A stretch of 64,000 nucleotides of DNA, taken from positions 1 to 64,000 of the IMG/VR virus record IMGVR_UViG_3300025030_000010. One strand, 5' to 3'. The DNA comes from a virus. The position numbers and the translations under genes were made by a program. The notes beneath the pieces were generated by a model. It was not told the origin of the DNA and made no database searches. It saw nothing but the letters and a program-made list of their open reading frames with translations. Shown here in pieces: positions 9,809-18,939 of the stretch; the first letter of the stretch is position 1; every line of letters starts with the position of its first letter.

Positions 9809-10225
9809 ATGCTCGCTGATCTGAAAAAGTTCCAACTCGATTTAAAGCACTTCTCCGAAGTCGTTACTCCTGAGACACACGCGAGACTGTGCGGAAGAAT
9901 TGCCTTCAGATTGCATCAATACGTTGTCGCAGGATGTCCGGAGAATCCTAAGGGTACACCCGTTGACACTGGCTGGGCGAGAGCAAACTGGGCTGTATTC
10001 ATAGGACGCAACTGTCCGACTAAGCCGATAGGGGAACGCGGCAAACACAGACTGATCTTTGACGCAACGACAATGACAATCGCTGTGCCAAAGTTTCCGT
10101 TTATCTGGGTCTACAACAACGTACCGTATATCGAAAAGCTCGAAGACGGACATTCTCAACAGGCTCCAACGGGTATGGTCGCAGGCGCACTTAACAACAT
10201 ACAAGTATATATGGATAACTTATGA
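9809..10225 (+). CDS. Neck / tail completion protein (HK97 gp10-like)
   Basis: TPVDTGWARANW and NNVPYIEKLEDGHSQQAP motifs. Confidence 0.8.
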   Translation: MLADLKKFQLDLKHFSEVVTPETHARLCGRIAFRLHQYVVAGCPENPKGTPVDTGWARANWAVFIGRNCPTKPIGERGKHRLIFDATTMTIAVPKFPFIWVYNNVPYIEKLEDGHSQQAPTGMVAGALNNIQVYMDNL

Positions 10226-10647
10226 GCGCACTGACAGCAGAAACTGAAATGATACACCGCTTCAAGACGCTCTGGGCGGATAGATGTCCCGCTCAGTATC
10301 CGAATCTTGCTTTTGACCCACCTGAAAGAACTGGCAACGCAGAGTGGGTGAGAGTGAACATCAAGGACACAACTCCTGAAGGTGACGCTCAGATCAGCAT
10401 CGGCTCCGAGCAGAACGATTGTCGCTTCACAGGATTGCTCACGATACAGGTTTTCACGAACACTGACATCGGTCACGCTCCTGCAATGCGCAGAGCAGAA
10501 GAAGCTGCCGCGATCTTCTTGAAGTGGAAAGGAAGTGTCAACGGGTTACTGTTCAGAATACCCGTTATCAAAGAGATAGGCACAGACGCGGAGGGGTGGT
10601 TTCAGGTTAACTGTATCATCGCCTTTATTCGAAACGAAATCATCTAA
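10222..10647 (+). CDS. Tail terminator protein
   Basis: YPNLAFDPP...WVRV, GLLTIQVF, GWFQVN; precedes tail tube. Confidence 0.7.
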   Translation: MSALTAETEMIHRFKTLWADRCPAQYPNLAFDPPERTGNAEWVRVNIKDTTPEGDAQISIGSEQNDCRFTGLLTIQVFTNTDIGHAPAMRRAEEAAAIFLKWKGSVNGLLFRIPVIKEIGTDAEGWFQVNCIIAFIRNEII

Positions 10648-10663
10648 CCAGGAGGTGTCAGAA

Positions 10664-10864
10664 ATGCAGAAGTCGATATTGAAAGAGAATGCAGTTGTTG
10701 ACGGGGAGTTGAGACAGGCGGGGGAAGATGTCTCCGAAGCGTCTGCCTTTGAGCTGGGTGTGCTCGAAGCTCACGACAAGATCGTTATCACGAAACTCGA
10801 AGAAGAGAAGCTTCCTGAGCTTCCTGCTGCGAACCACAACAAGAAGAAGAACGGCGAAGAGTAA
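10664..10864 (+). CDS. Small hypothetical protein
   Basis: GGAGG RBS before ATG 10664; between terminator and tail tube genes. Confidence 0.5.
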   Translation: MQKSILKENAVVDGELRQAGEDVSEASAFELGVLEAHDKIVITKLEEEKLPELPAANHNKKKNGEE

Positions 10865-10905
10865 ACACGAGTAGTCAAATCTAAAGAATAAAGGAGAGTT
10901 CAACG

Positions 10906-12096
10906 ATGCCTACCACAGGTGTTAACGCAGCAGTAGCAACAAACGACATTCTGCTGGCATACGCCCTCGAAGCAGCATGGGGTGTTAAGCCGGCAGTCGC
11001 GTTCAATCAGATGCGCATCGAATCTGAGAACTTCACTAGCAGCAAAACAAGAGCGCGGCCGGGCGAGATTAACCCGACTGGTCAGGCATCCGGCGCAGTG
11101 ACAACCAAAGTAGAAGCCAAAGGCGATCTGAAGTTCAGTCTCTCGACTGCTACTCCGTTCGACCTTTTCTGCGCTTCCATCATGGGTGTTGCTGACACGG
11201 CGGTCAACTTCGCCGCAAAAGTCACCGTCGCCGCTACCGCATCCGGATTTACTGACAGCGGTTCAGGGTTCGTCACAGGCAACGTTCACGCAGGGGACTG
11301 GATTCGCGTCACTGGCTGGTTGGCAGGAAACGCAGCGAACAACGGGTACTATCAGGTACTCACAGTTGTTGCAGGTACGATCACCACATTGCCGGCACCT
11401 CCGGTAGTTGCAGCCGCTGGTAACTCCGTGACGTTCACGGGACAGAAGTGCGTCAACGGCACAAACATCAACAGCTTCTGGTTTCAGAAGCAGCTCGCGT
11501 CGAATATGTTCTTCGCTTATCCGGGTTCCGTCTGCACGGGCGGCGGTATCTCCGCATCCCTGGGTGGCTTCTTCTCGGGTGATCTTTCGTTCTTGTGCAA
11601 AGATCAGGTCAAAGCTATCGTTGACGGTTCGACAGGCGCACAGATTGCCGCAGGAACAGGGACCGTTATCGATACTGTCAACGGTTTCGGTACGATCTAT
11701 CGCGGCGCAGCGCCTCTCGACGGCATTTTGCAAAAGATCGACCTGAAGTGGCAGCAGCAGGGCGCTCGCCAGCAGTACGGCATGGGCTCCACAGCCGCAG
11801 CAGGTTTCGGCAAAGGGCTTCTCGAAGTCTCCGGCACGATGGAAGTCTACTTCAAGACTTTCGCGCTCTATGACGAATTCATCGCAGAGACAGGCGCGAT
11901 GATCAGCTTCAGGGCAACGGACCTCACTGGTGCTGGCTACATCTTCACCATGGGTAACGCAACAATCATGAACCCGACCATCGTTGCAGGCGGACCCAAT
12001 CAGGATGTCATGGCGACATTTCAGATCGAAGCCAACCCGACTTCGGCAGCCAGCATCTTCGGCGGTCAGTCGTTCCAGATCGACAAGGTCACCTAA
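10906..12096 (+). CDS. Major tail tube protein with an inserted beta domain
   Basis: LAYALEAAWG, VSGTMEVYF, GGPNQDVMATF; upstream of chaperones and tape measure; no sheath gene present. Confidence 0.85.
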   Translation: MPTTGVNAAVATNDILLAYALEAAWGVKPAVAFNQMRIESENFTSSKTRARPGEINPTGQASGAVTTKVEAKGDLKFSLSTATPFDLFCASIMGVADTAVNFAAKVTVAATASGFTDSGSGFVTGNVHAGDWIRVTGWLAGNAANNGYYQVLTVVAGTITTLPAPPVVAAAGNSVTFTGQKCVNGTNINSFWFQKQLASNMFFAYPGSVCTGGGISASLGGFFSGDLSFLCKDQVKAIVDGSTGAQIAAGTGTVIDTVNGFGTIYRGAAPLDGILQKIDLKWQQQGARQQYGMGSTAAAGFGKGLLEVSGTMEVYFKTFALYDEFIAETGAMISFRATDLTGAGYIFTMGNATIMNPTIVAGGPNQDVMATFQIEANPTSAASIFGGQSFQIDKVT

Positions 12097-12112
12097 TCAT
12101 CGACAACAGTTT

Positions 12113-12182
12113 GGGCGGAGCGATAACCCCTCCATCGTGTGAGTAAGGCATGTGCTGAGACTCTTCACCGCCCCTTTTTTTT
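12113..12182 (+). terminator. Terminator with a long interrupted (multi-branched) stem
   Basis: GGGCGG ... CCGCCC closing stem followed by a T8 run. Confidence 0.55.
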
Positions 12183-12226
12183 AAGTGAGGGACAACAACT
12201 ATAATGAATCAAGCGAGGGTACAACA

Positions 12227-12682
12227 ATGGCAAATCCTTTTCAGATGTTCAAAACCGATCCGACTATCGAAACCACAACCGGCGTAATTCTCGACTACGG
12301 CGATTTCCGCTGCCGTGTAGCAAGAGCGGGTGGCGCTAACAAGCGTTACACGAAGCTGATCGAAGCTCGCATGAAGCCGCATAGCCGTCTGCTTGCCGTT
12401 GGCAAGATGGACGACGATGTCGCAACTCGCATCCTGGTCGAAGTCTTCTCCGAGACGGTCATCCTCGATATGGATGTCCTCGACAAAGAGAAGAGTACCA
12501 TCGAAGCGCCTGTCTACATCCCCGGCATTCTTTGCGAGGACGGCACGATCATCGAGGACAACTACAAGAACCGCGTTGAGTTCTTCTTGAAGCTCGAAGA
12601 AATGTTTCTCGACGTGAGGAAACAGGCCAACGACTTCACACAGTTTCTTGAAGCTGTGAAGGAAGACATCGTAAAAAACTAA
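12227..12682 (+). CDS. Tail assembly chaperone (G-like)
   Basis: GAGGGT RBS, RVARAGGANKRY motif, between tail tube and tape measure; ends on a slippery heptamer. Confidence 0.8.
   Translation: MANPFQMFKTDPTIETTTGVILDYGDFRCRVARAGGANKRYTKLIEARMKPHSRLLAVGKMDDDVATRILVEVFSETVILDMDVLDKEKSTIEAPVYIPGILCEDGTIIEDNYKNRVEFFLKLEEMFLDVRKQANDFTQFLEAVKEDIVKN
12673..12679 (+). promoter_or_regulatory. -1 programmed ribosomal frameshift site A AAA AAC
   Basis: GTA AAA AAC TAA; the -1 frame is open through to 13011. Confidence 0.8.
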
Positions 12683-13011
12683 CCGACTGCCTGAACTGGA
12701 ACAACACTTGGGGAAGTCGCCTAAAAGGGCTACTTGAAATGGAGCAGAGCGGTGGGGAAACTCCTGCCGCTCTGCTTAATCGTCCAATACCGAGCGAAGA
12801 CGCTCTTCCGTACTGGCAAGCATTTCAAACTCTGACAGGTTCAAGGCAGTGGACACAAGCAGGGCCGTTATCGATACCTTATCCGACGGTAATAAATTGG
12901 CTCAACGAGAACTTTGTCTCTGAGCCAGATGATAGGGAGGATTATCTTCAGATCATTCAACAGCTAGATTCAGTTTATTTGGACATACAATACGCCAAAC
13001 TTAAAAAATAG
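12679..13011 (+). CDS. Tail assembly chaperone T segment (frameshift extension)
   Basis: -1 frame open from the slippery site (KLTDCLNWNNTWGSR...) into ORF 12739-13011; YWQAFQTLTGSR, LDSVYL motifs. Confidence 0.75.
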   Translation, partial: LTDCLNWNNTWGSRLKGLLEMEQSGGETPAALLNRPIPSEDALPYWQAFQTLTGSRQWTQAGPLSIPYPTVINWLNENFVSEPDDREDYLQIIQQLDSVYLDIQYAKLKK

Positions 13012-13019
13012 GTGACGCA

Positions 13020-16000
13020 ATGGGACAGGAAACATTCCTTAGAGTCGGAATCGACGGCAGTGCGGCGAAGTCCGGCGCTAGAGTCGTTACTCGTTCCATG
13101 GACGATATCTCCAATAGTGCGCAGACTGTGGGCAAGCATGTAGCCTATTTGCAGTCTGCGCTTACGCATTTGGCGGGTACCGCCGTGGGCGTATACGGCA
13201 TCGCAACCGCACTTCAAGCAATTAAAGCAGCATCTCTGGGAGTGCTCGACTATCTGGGTAAGATAGAAACCGCAACTCTTGGCATCGCCGCTGCGTATCT
13301 AGTCAGTGGGCAGTATCAGGACACAATCACGAAGAAAGCGCTCTCCGCACAGACGGCGCTAAAGGCGGCGCAAAACGAATCCGCCGCTGTAATCGAGCAA
13401 CTGAAGGTCGCCAACTTTCAGACCATCGCGACACTTGATCAGCTCATTTTCGCTTATCAAGTTACCCTGCCTGTCGCCATGTCTGCTGGCTTCAATAAGC
13501 AGCAGGTCATGGACTACACGCTTGCGATGGTACAAGCTGCGGGTGCTATCGGATTATCATTCGATCAGATAGCAGAAGAAACGCGCTCCATGCTCACAGG
13601 CAACATCACTCGAAACTCTCGTATCGCTCAGGTTCTTGGTCTGAGAAACGAAGACGTTACGGCGCTGAAGGGCAATGCAACAGGTCTTTTCGACATGCTC
13701 ATGGGTCGTCTGTCTGGCTTCAGAGTAGCGGGCATCGAGGCACAGAAAACATGGGCGGGTCTGCTCTCGAACACAAAAGATATTGCTTTGCAGTTATCGG
13801 GCAAAGCTTTCGAACCTGTTTTCGATGCAGTTAAGCAAAAGCTCGTGGAAATCCAGAAAGCCACTTTCACAATCGCGAAAGACAGTAGTGGATTACAGTC
13901 GATCAAATTCAGTGACGAGTTCATAAAGGGCGCGAAAGAGGCAGCAGAGTTTTTGAAAGCTTTCGCAAACGGTTTGATATCGAGTGCAACTTTCATCTAC
14001 GATCATGCTGGCGCTATAAAGGCGCTCGTGGAAATCTACATCGGGTTCAGACTTACGGTTTACGCTGCAACGTTAGCACAAAAAGCGTCAAACATCGTCT
14101 CTCTCGAAGGCATGGCGATTGAAAATAGTCGCCGCGCTCTTGCTGTCCAAGATTTAGGCATCGCAGCACAGGCAGCAAAAGCAGAGGCAACAAAAACTGC
14201 CGCTGCTGTCGCATATCAGCAAGCGAGAGTGGCAGAAAACGCAGCAGAGAGAGCGGGTATAGTTCTGGAGCTTCAGTCTGCATCCAGTACCGAAGCTGCC
14301 GCCACCGCAAGTTATGCCAAAGTATCGGCAAAGCTCGCAGAGGCTGCGGCTGAAGTTGCTTCTCTCACAGCGGTTCGTGGCTCACTCGAAGCAGAGAGAG
14401 CGCTGATCGTAGCTAAGATGGCGTCCAATGATGCAACGGCGATCGGTCTAGCTAATCAGCAGGCTAGTATCGTTGCAAAACAGGCGACTCGTGCTGCAAC
14501 AATCGCAGAGACTCAGCAGCTAATCACGCAGAAACAGGCTATCATTGCAAAATGGGAGTCCGAGTTGTTTTTCGAGGGGCGCAGTCTCACTCAGTCCTCC
14601 GGGCTTAATCTTGTGAAGCAGCAAGAGGTGAATCTCCGTCGCTCTCTTACCACTCACGTCAACAATGCGGCGAAAGCGGAACTGGCATTAGTTGCGATCA
14701 ACGAGCAGTCCATAGCAGCGGGACTCGCCAAGAAAGCACTGATCAATCAGCTCGTGCCTCTCGCGGTACAACAGAACGGGCTTGAGCAACAGCTAAAGAT
14801 AGCGGTAATAGAGCACTCTACTGCCGAACGTATCGCTGGGTCTGCGATAACTGAAAGAGGACTCGCAGCCAAGAAGCTTGTTGTCGCTGAAGCAGCACAA
14901 CTCGCAATCGAAGCGAATCTAGCTAAGGCAACAGCGGCAAATGCGCTGGCTCAAGGTGCGTCTACGGTCGCAACTGATCTTCACACGGCAGCTATTGCAG
15001 CTCAAACAATCGGCGCTCGTCTCGCAACAGGCGCAGTGACCATGCTCAAGTCCGCAATGATGTATCTGGGTGGACCGATAGGCACGATCATCACTCTGCT
15101 CGGCATCGCAGCCACAGCATGGTTCACATTCGGCAAGAGCGCAAGAGACGCAAACGCCGAAGCTCTCGAAGGCGCAGACGATGTGCTGTCAAATCTTCGC
15201 AAGCAGAATAAAGAGCTGCTTGAGCGCAAGCGTATCCAGAGAGCAGCGGGCGCAGACTGGAAAGATGGCAAGCTCAACGAAGGTGTATTTACTGACAAAG
15301 AGCTTGCCGATCTGAAGCGTAAAGAGGAAATGAAACGCGATCTCGAAGCGAAACTGGCGAAGATGCCTAACTTCGAGATGAAGAAAGTGGTTGACACTAG
15401 AGGCGGCGCCACCGCTCAAGATTCTTCTACCGCTCTGAAGATGCAAATCTCTTCAGTCACTCGTGACATCGAGGAGCTGAGACGGCTCAAGAAGCAGAAC
15501 GTGGAGATGGAGAAAGAGACAGAGTACAAGTCGAACGATCCTAAAGACAAGCAGGATTCTCTTTCTGCCAGTAGGAAGTATTACGATGCGCTTTACGCTC
15601 TGCAAAGAGCGAACGCAGATAAAGCGATTGCAGGATATAAGGAACTCGCAGCACGCAACAGATCGATTCTCGAAGACAACCACGAGCAGGCACTTGTGGC
15701 TACGACCGAGTATCACAAGAAGAAGATGAACATCGAAAAGGGGATGATTCAGGAAGAGAGAAACGCAAACACCGCGTTGCTCAACTTCTTGAAGAACTCA
15801 GCTCCCGAGGCGATCAGCGCCAAGGACGACCCGACAGGGACAAAGTCTGCGGCAATGGCGCTTGAGCACAAAACTAAGATCATCGTTGCTGAGACAAAAG
15901 CTATCGAGTTGGAAAAGCAGTACAATAACGTCACGATTGACGGCAACATTGCAATAGGTAAATCCAATCGTGACTTGATGGCGCAGCAAGAAGAACTGAA

Positions 16001-18938
16001 CGCTCAGGCGCTCGAAGCAAGTGGCAACACACTCGGCGCTGGTCTTGCAACACTCAACAATCAAGCGGCGCGTCTTGAAATGGCAAAAGCGGAAATCGAA
16101 GTGACTGCCGCTGCCGCCGCTCATGACGATCTGAGACTGCGCAGAGCACAGAAGACCGTTACCCTGCTTCAGCAAACGAAGCAACTCAAGCAAGATCAAC
16201 TCATGCTTGACGAACAGACTCGCCAGCTTGAGCCTCAAATGGCTTTGCTGAACGAGCAAGGCAATCTGCTGGCGGCTGTTGAGCTGAATCAAGCTCTTGA
16301 AAAACAGAGCGCGGCATACAAGGACTTGGCAGCAAAGGGCGGCATGGCTTTTCAGGCAAAGCAAAAGCTGATGGAGCTTGACCGCATCAAAGCACGTCAA
16401 GACGAAGAAAACACTCTGGCTGAAATCAAGAACAAGAACAGAGTGGACGAAGCCGATCTTAAAGCTGCTCAGGCAGGCAATACGAAAGGTTTCGGTTTCG
16501 GTGCAATAAACGCACAAGCAGAGGCAGAGAAAGTCGCGATATCTGCCAAGTATGAACTGGAAAGAAAAGCGATCACCGATAAGATCGAGCTGCTGCAAAC
16601 TGGCTCCAGTGTCGAGATTGATCTTGTTGGCTCACTTATGAATGCGCAACTCACGGCACTCGATACAGTTCATCAAGCGACAATGGCAGCAATCGCAGCA
16701 GAGAACGAGGCGAGGTACTTCAATCAACCCAAACTGCTCGAAGAGTCTCAAGCGGCTTCGATTGCAGCAGAAGCGAAGTATCAAGCTAAAATGGCCGATT
16801 TGTCTAAGTCGGCAAATAACAAACTTGCTGCTGAGAAGATAAACACAAATAAGAACTCAGGCGCAGTGATTGCAGCTCTTCAGCAGTCGCTTACTAACTT
16901 ACTGGGCAAACAGCAGCAGGAAACGCTCACCACAGAGCAGAAAGCAACAAGATCGAAGATGTCTATGGTCGCCGCTTACGGAGACGCGGCAGGGTCTATT
17001 TTCACCGCCCTGGCAGACACTCAAGATCAATCGAGTAGAAAAGGCTTCGAGAGTGCAAAGCAATACAACTTGGCCGCCGCTGTAATGAGTACCGCTGCTG
17101 CGATCATGAACGCTTTTGCATCTCTTCCTTGGCCCGCTGCTCCTATAGCAGCCGCACTCGCAGCCGCAACGGGTGTTGTTCAGATTGCGAAGATTGCATC
17201 CACAACCTTCGGTGGCGGTGGAAGTGTATCTACCCCGTCTACTGGAAGTTTCGGCGGAGGTGGAGCATCTGGCATAGGCACGACCGCATCTTCAATAGGC
17301 GGTCAGGTCAAATCGGCAAACGACACGTTGACGGAAGATAGTCTTCGTGCTCTCGCAAAAGCTTCGGACAATGCGAGTCTTGCGATTAGTAAAGTCGCAG
17401 ACGGACTCACTTCGATTGCCGATCTGTTCAAAACTGGATACTCGCAGAACATCGCAAAAGGTCTGACAACTCCTGAAGGTCAAGTTGCAAAGGGTGTATT
17501 CAGTCAGACTTGGACCGACATGAAAGACAACTTCGGTACCGCGATAATCGACAATCTGATGGGCGGAATGACAGCCGCAGTAGGAGTCGGAGCGTCTCTC
17601 ATTCGTCACGCTTTCGGAATCGGCAACAAGTGGCAATCTGTCGATTCTGGTATCACTCTCGGACTCAAGAATGGGGAAGTCGAGGGGCAGGCGTATGAAG
17701 ATCGTAAGAAATCGGGCGGCTGGTTCGGTAAGAACAAGAGTCGCACTGTAACTTCTGAACTTGGCTCCGGCTTCAACGGTGTACTTGACGATTTTCTCGG
17801 TGAAATCAAACACTCAATCTCTCTAGCTGCTGTAGCTATGGGAGCAAAAACGAACTTCGCACAAGCGCAGCTCGGAACGGTTAGAATATCGACCGCTGGC
17901 AAATCCCCTGAGGATATCCAGAAAGAGATGGAAGCATTCTATCGTAACGCAGCTAACGAACTTGCAAAGACCACTGAAGGTCTGCAAGAGTTCACCTTCT
18001 ACGGTGAAGATGCGTTCGACTCGATCATTCGTCTTTCCACATCGCTGCAAGGTGTGAATGCAATGTTCGAGCTTACTGGTCACACGTTAATCGAAGCCTC
18101 GTTCAAAGGCGCAGATGCCGCGTACCGTCTCGCAGATGCTTTCGGCGGACTCGAAGAGATGGAAGACAGAGTCAATGACTACTTCACTTCCATGTTCACC
18201 GAGTCCGAGCAGAAAGCAATGAAAGCTGCGACAGCTTCTCGACAAGTCAACACAGCGTTTTCTGAAATGGGCATTTCGGTTCCCAAAACAAACAGAGAGT
18301 TCATAACTCTGGTCGACAGTTTGGATGTGACAACGGAAAGAGGAGCTTCGCTTTACGTTGCACTAATGAACATCGCACCCGCTTTTGCAACAGTTACAGA
18401 AGCGGCAACAGAAGCAGCAGAGAAGTTATCGACAGCGTTTATAGACAATGCGCTGGCTGCGGCAAATAAGCTCAAGGACATCATGGGCGGGGCTTTATCG
18501 ACTCTGACTCCGAAAGAACAGCTTATGCAGCAGCAAGCAGCGTTTGCCTCCGCTCTAGCATCGGGTAACACCGCGGGTGCAATCGACATATCGACCGCGT
18601 TGCTCGAAGCGTCTCGTGTCATGTATGGTTCCGGAACAGGGTATCAGCAGGATTACGAGAACGTAACAAGAGCACTAGCTTCAATCGCAGGCATGGACGG
18701 TCAGCTTTCCATGGACGCAGTTGAACGACAGATCAAAAGTATCAACGACACGAAAGACGCAATCGAAGCAGGTACCGTTGAAATGGTGAAATCGATTGCC
18801 GAGCTGAAAGCTGCCATTGTGGAGATGCAAAGACAGCAAGCAGTCAACACCGCTACTATCGCAGGAGCAACTGCGGCCGGAGCGGATACTGTTGCAGATG
18901 CGGTAACAGGAACATTATCAGCACAAGCGAGGGCATAA
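13020..18938 (+). CDS. Tape measure protein (1972 aa)
   Basis: Very long Ala-rich helical protein directly after the chaperones; LGGPIG and KKSGGWFG motifs. Confidence 0.95.
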   Translation: MGQETFLRVGIDGSAAKSGARVVTRSMDDISNSAQTVGKHVAYLQSALTHLAGTAVGVYGIATALQAIKAASLGVLDYLGKIETATLGIAAAYLVSGQYQDTITKKALSAQTALKAAQNESAAVIEQLKVANFQTIATLDQLIFAYQVTLPVAMSAGFNKQQVMDYTLAMVQAAGAIGLSFDQIAEETRSMLTGNITRNSRIAQVLGLRNEDVTALKGNATGLFDMLMGRLSGFRVAGIEAQKTWAGLLSNTKDIALQLSGKAFEPVFDAVKQKLVEIQKATFTIAKDSSGLQSIKFSDEFIKGAKEAAEFLKAFANGLISSATFIYDHAGAIKALVEIYIGFRLTVYAATLAQKASNIVSLEGMAIENSRRALAVQDLGIAAQAAKAEATKTAAAVAYQQARVAENAAERAGIVLELQSASSTEAAATASYAKVSAKLAEAAAEVASLTAVRGSLEAERALIVAKMASNDATAIGLANQQASIVAKQATRAATIAETQQLITQKQAIIAKWESELFFEGRSLTQSSGLNLVKQQEVNLRRSLTTHVNNAAKAELALVAINEQSIAAGLAKKALINQLVPLAVQQNGLEQQLKIAVIEHSTAERIAGSAITERGLAAKKLVVAEAAQLAIEANLAKATAANALAQGASTVATDLHTAAIAAQTIGARLATGAVTMLKSAMMYLGGPIGTIITLLGIAATAWFTFGKSARDANAEALEGADDVLSNLRKQNKELLERKRIQRAAGADWKDGKLNEGVFTDKELADLKRKEEMKRDLEAKLAKMPNFEMKKVVDTRGGATAQDSSTALKMQISSVTRDIEELRRLKKQNVEMEKETEYKSNDPKDKQDSLSASRKYYDALYALQRANADKAIAGYKELAARNRSILEDNHEQALVATTEYHKKKMNIEKGMIQEERNANTALLNFLKNSAPEAISAKDDPTGTKSAAMALEHKTKIIVAETKAIELEKQYNNVTIDGNIAIGKSNRDLMAQQEELNAQALEASGNTLGAGLATLNNQAARLEMAKAEIEVTAAAAAHDDLRLRRAQKTVTLLQQTKQLKQDQLMLDEQTRQLEPQMALLNEQGNLLAAVELNQALEKQSAAYKDLAAKGGMAFQAKQKLMELDRIKARQDEENTLAEIKNKNRVDEADLKAAQAGNTKGFGFGAINAQAEAEKVAISAKYELERKAITDKIELLQTGSSVEIDLVGSLMNAQLTALDTVHQATMAAIAAENEARYFNQPKLLEESQAASIAAEAKYQAKMADLSKSANNKLAAEKINTNKNSGAVIAALQQSLTNLLGKQQQETLTTEQKATRSKMSMVAAYGDAAGSIFTALADTQDQSSRKGFESAKQYNLAAAVMSTAAAIMNAFASLPWPAAPIAAALAAATGVVQIAKIASTTFGGGGSVSTPSTGSFGGGGASGIGTTASSIGGQVKSANDTLTEDSLRALAKASDNASLAISKVADGLTSIADLFKTGYSQNIAKGLTTPEGQVAKGVFSQTWTDMKDNFGTAIIDNLMGGMTAAVGVGASLIRHAFGIGNKWQSVDSGITLGLKNGEVEGQAYEDRKKSGGWFGKNKSRTVTSELGSGFNGVLDDFLGEIKHSISLAAVAMGAKTNFAQAQLGTVRISTAGKSPEDIQKEMEAFYRNAANELAKTTEGLQEFTFYGEDAFDSIIRLSTSLQGVNAMFELTGHTLIEASFKGADAAYRLADAFGGLEEMEDRVNDYFTSMFTESEQKAMKAATASRQVNTAFSEMGISVPKTNREFITLVDSLDVTTERGASLYVALMNIAPAFATVTEAATEAAEKLSTAFIDNALAAANKLKDIMGGALSTLTPKEQLMQQQAAFASALASGNTAGAIDISTALLEASRVMYGSGTGYQQDYENVTRALASIAGMDGQLSMDAVERQIKSINDTKDAIEAGTVEMVKSIAELKAAIVEMQRQQAVNTATIAGATAAGADTVADAVTGTLSAQARA

Positions 18939-18939
18939 A

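Noticed and set aside
12200-12205. Perfect TATAAT -10 box upstream of the tail chaperone
   Set aside because: No credible -35 or extended -10; it overlaps a terminator/RBS region.
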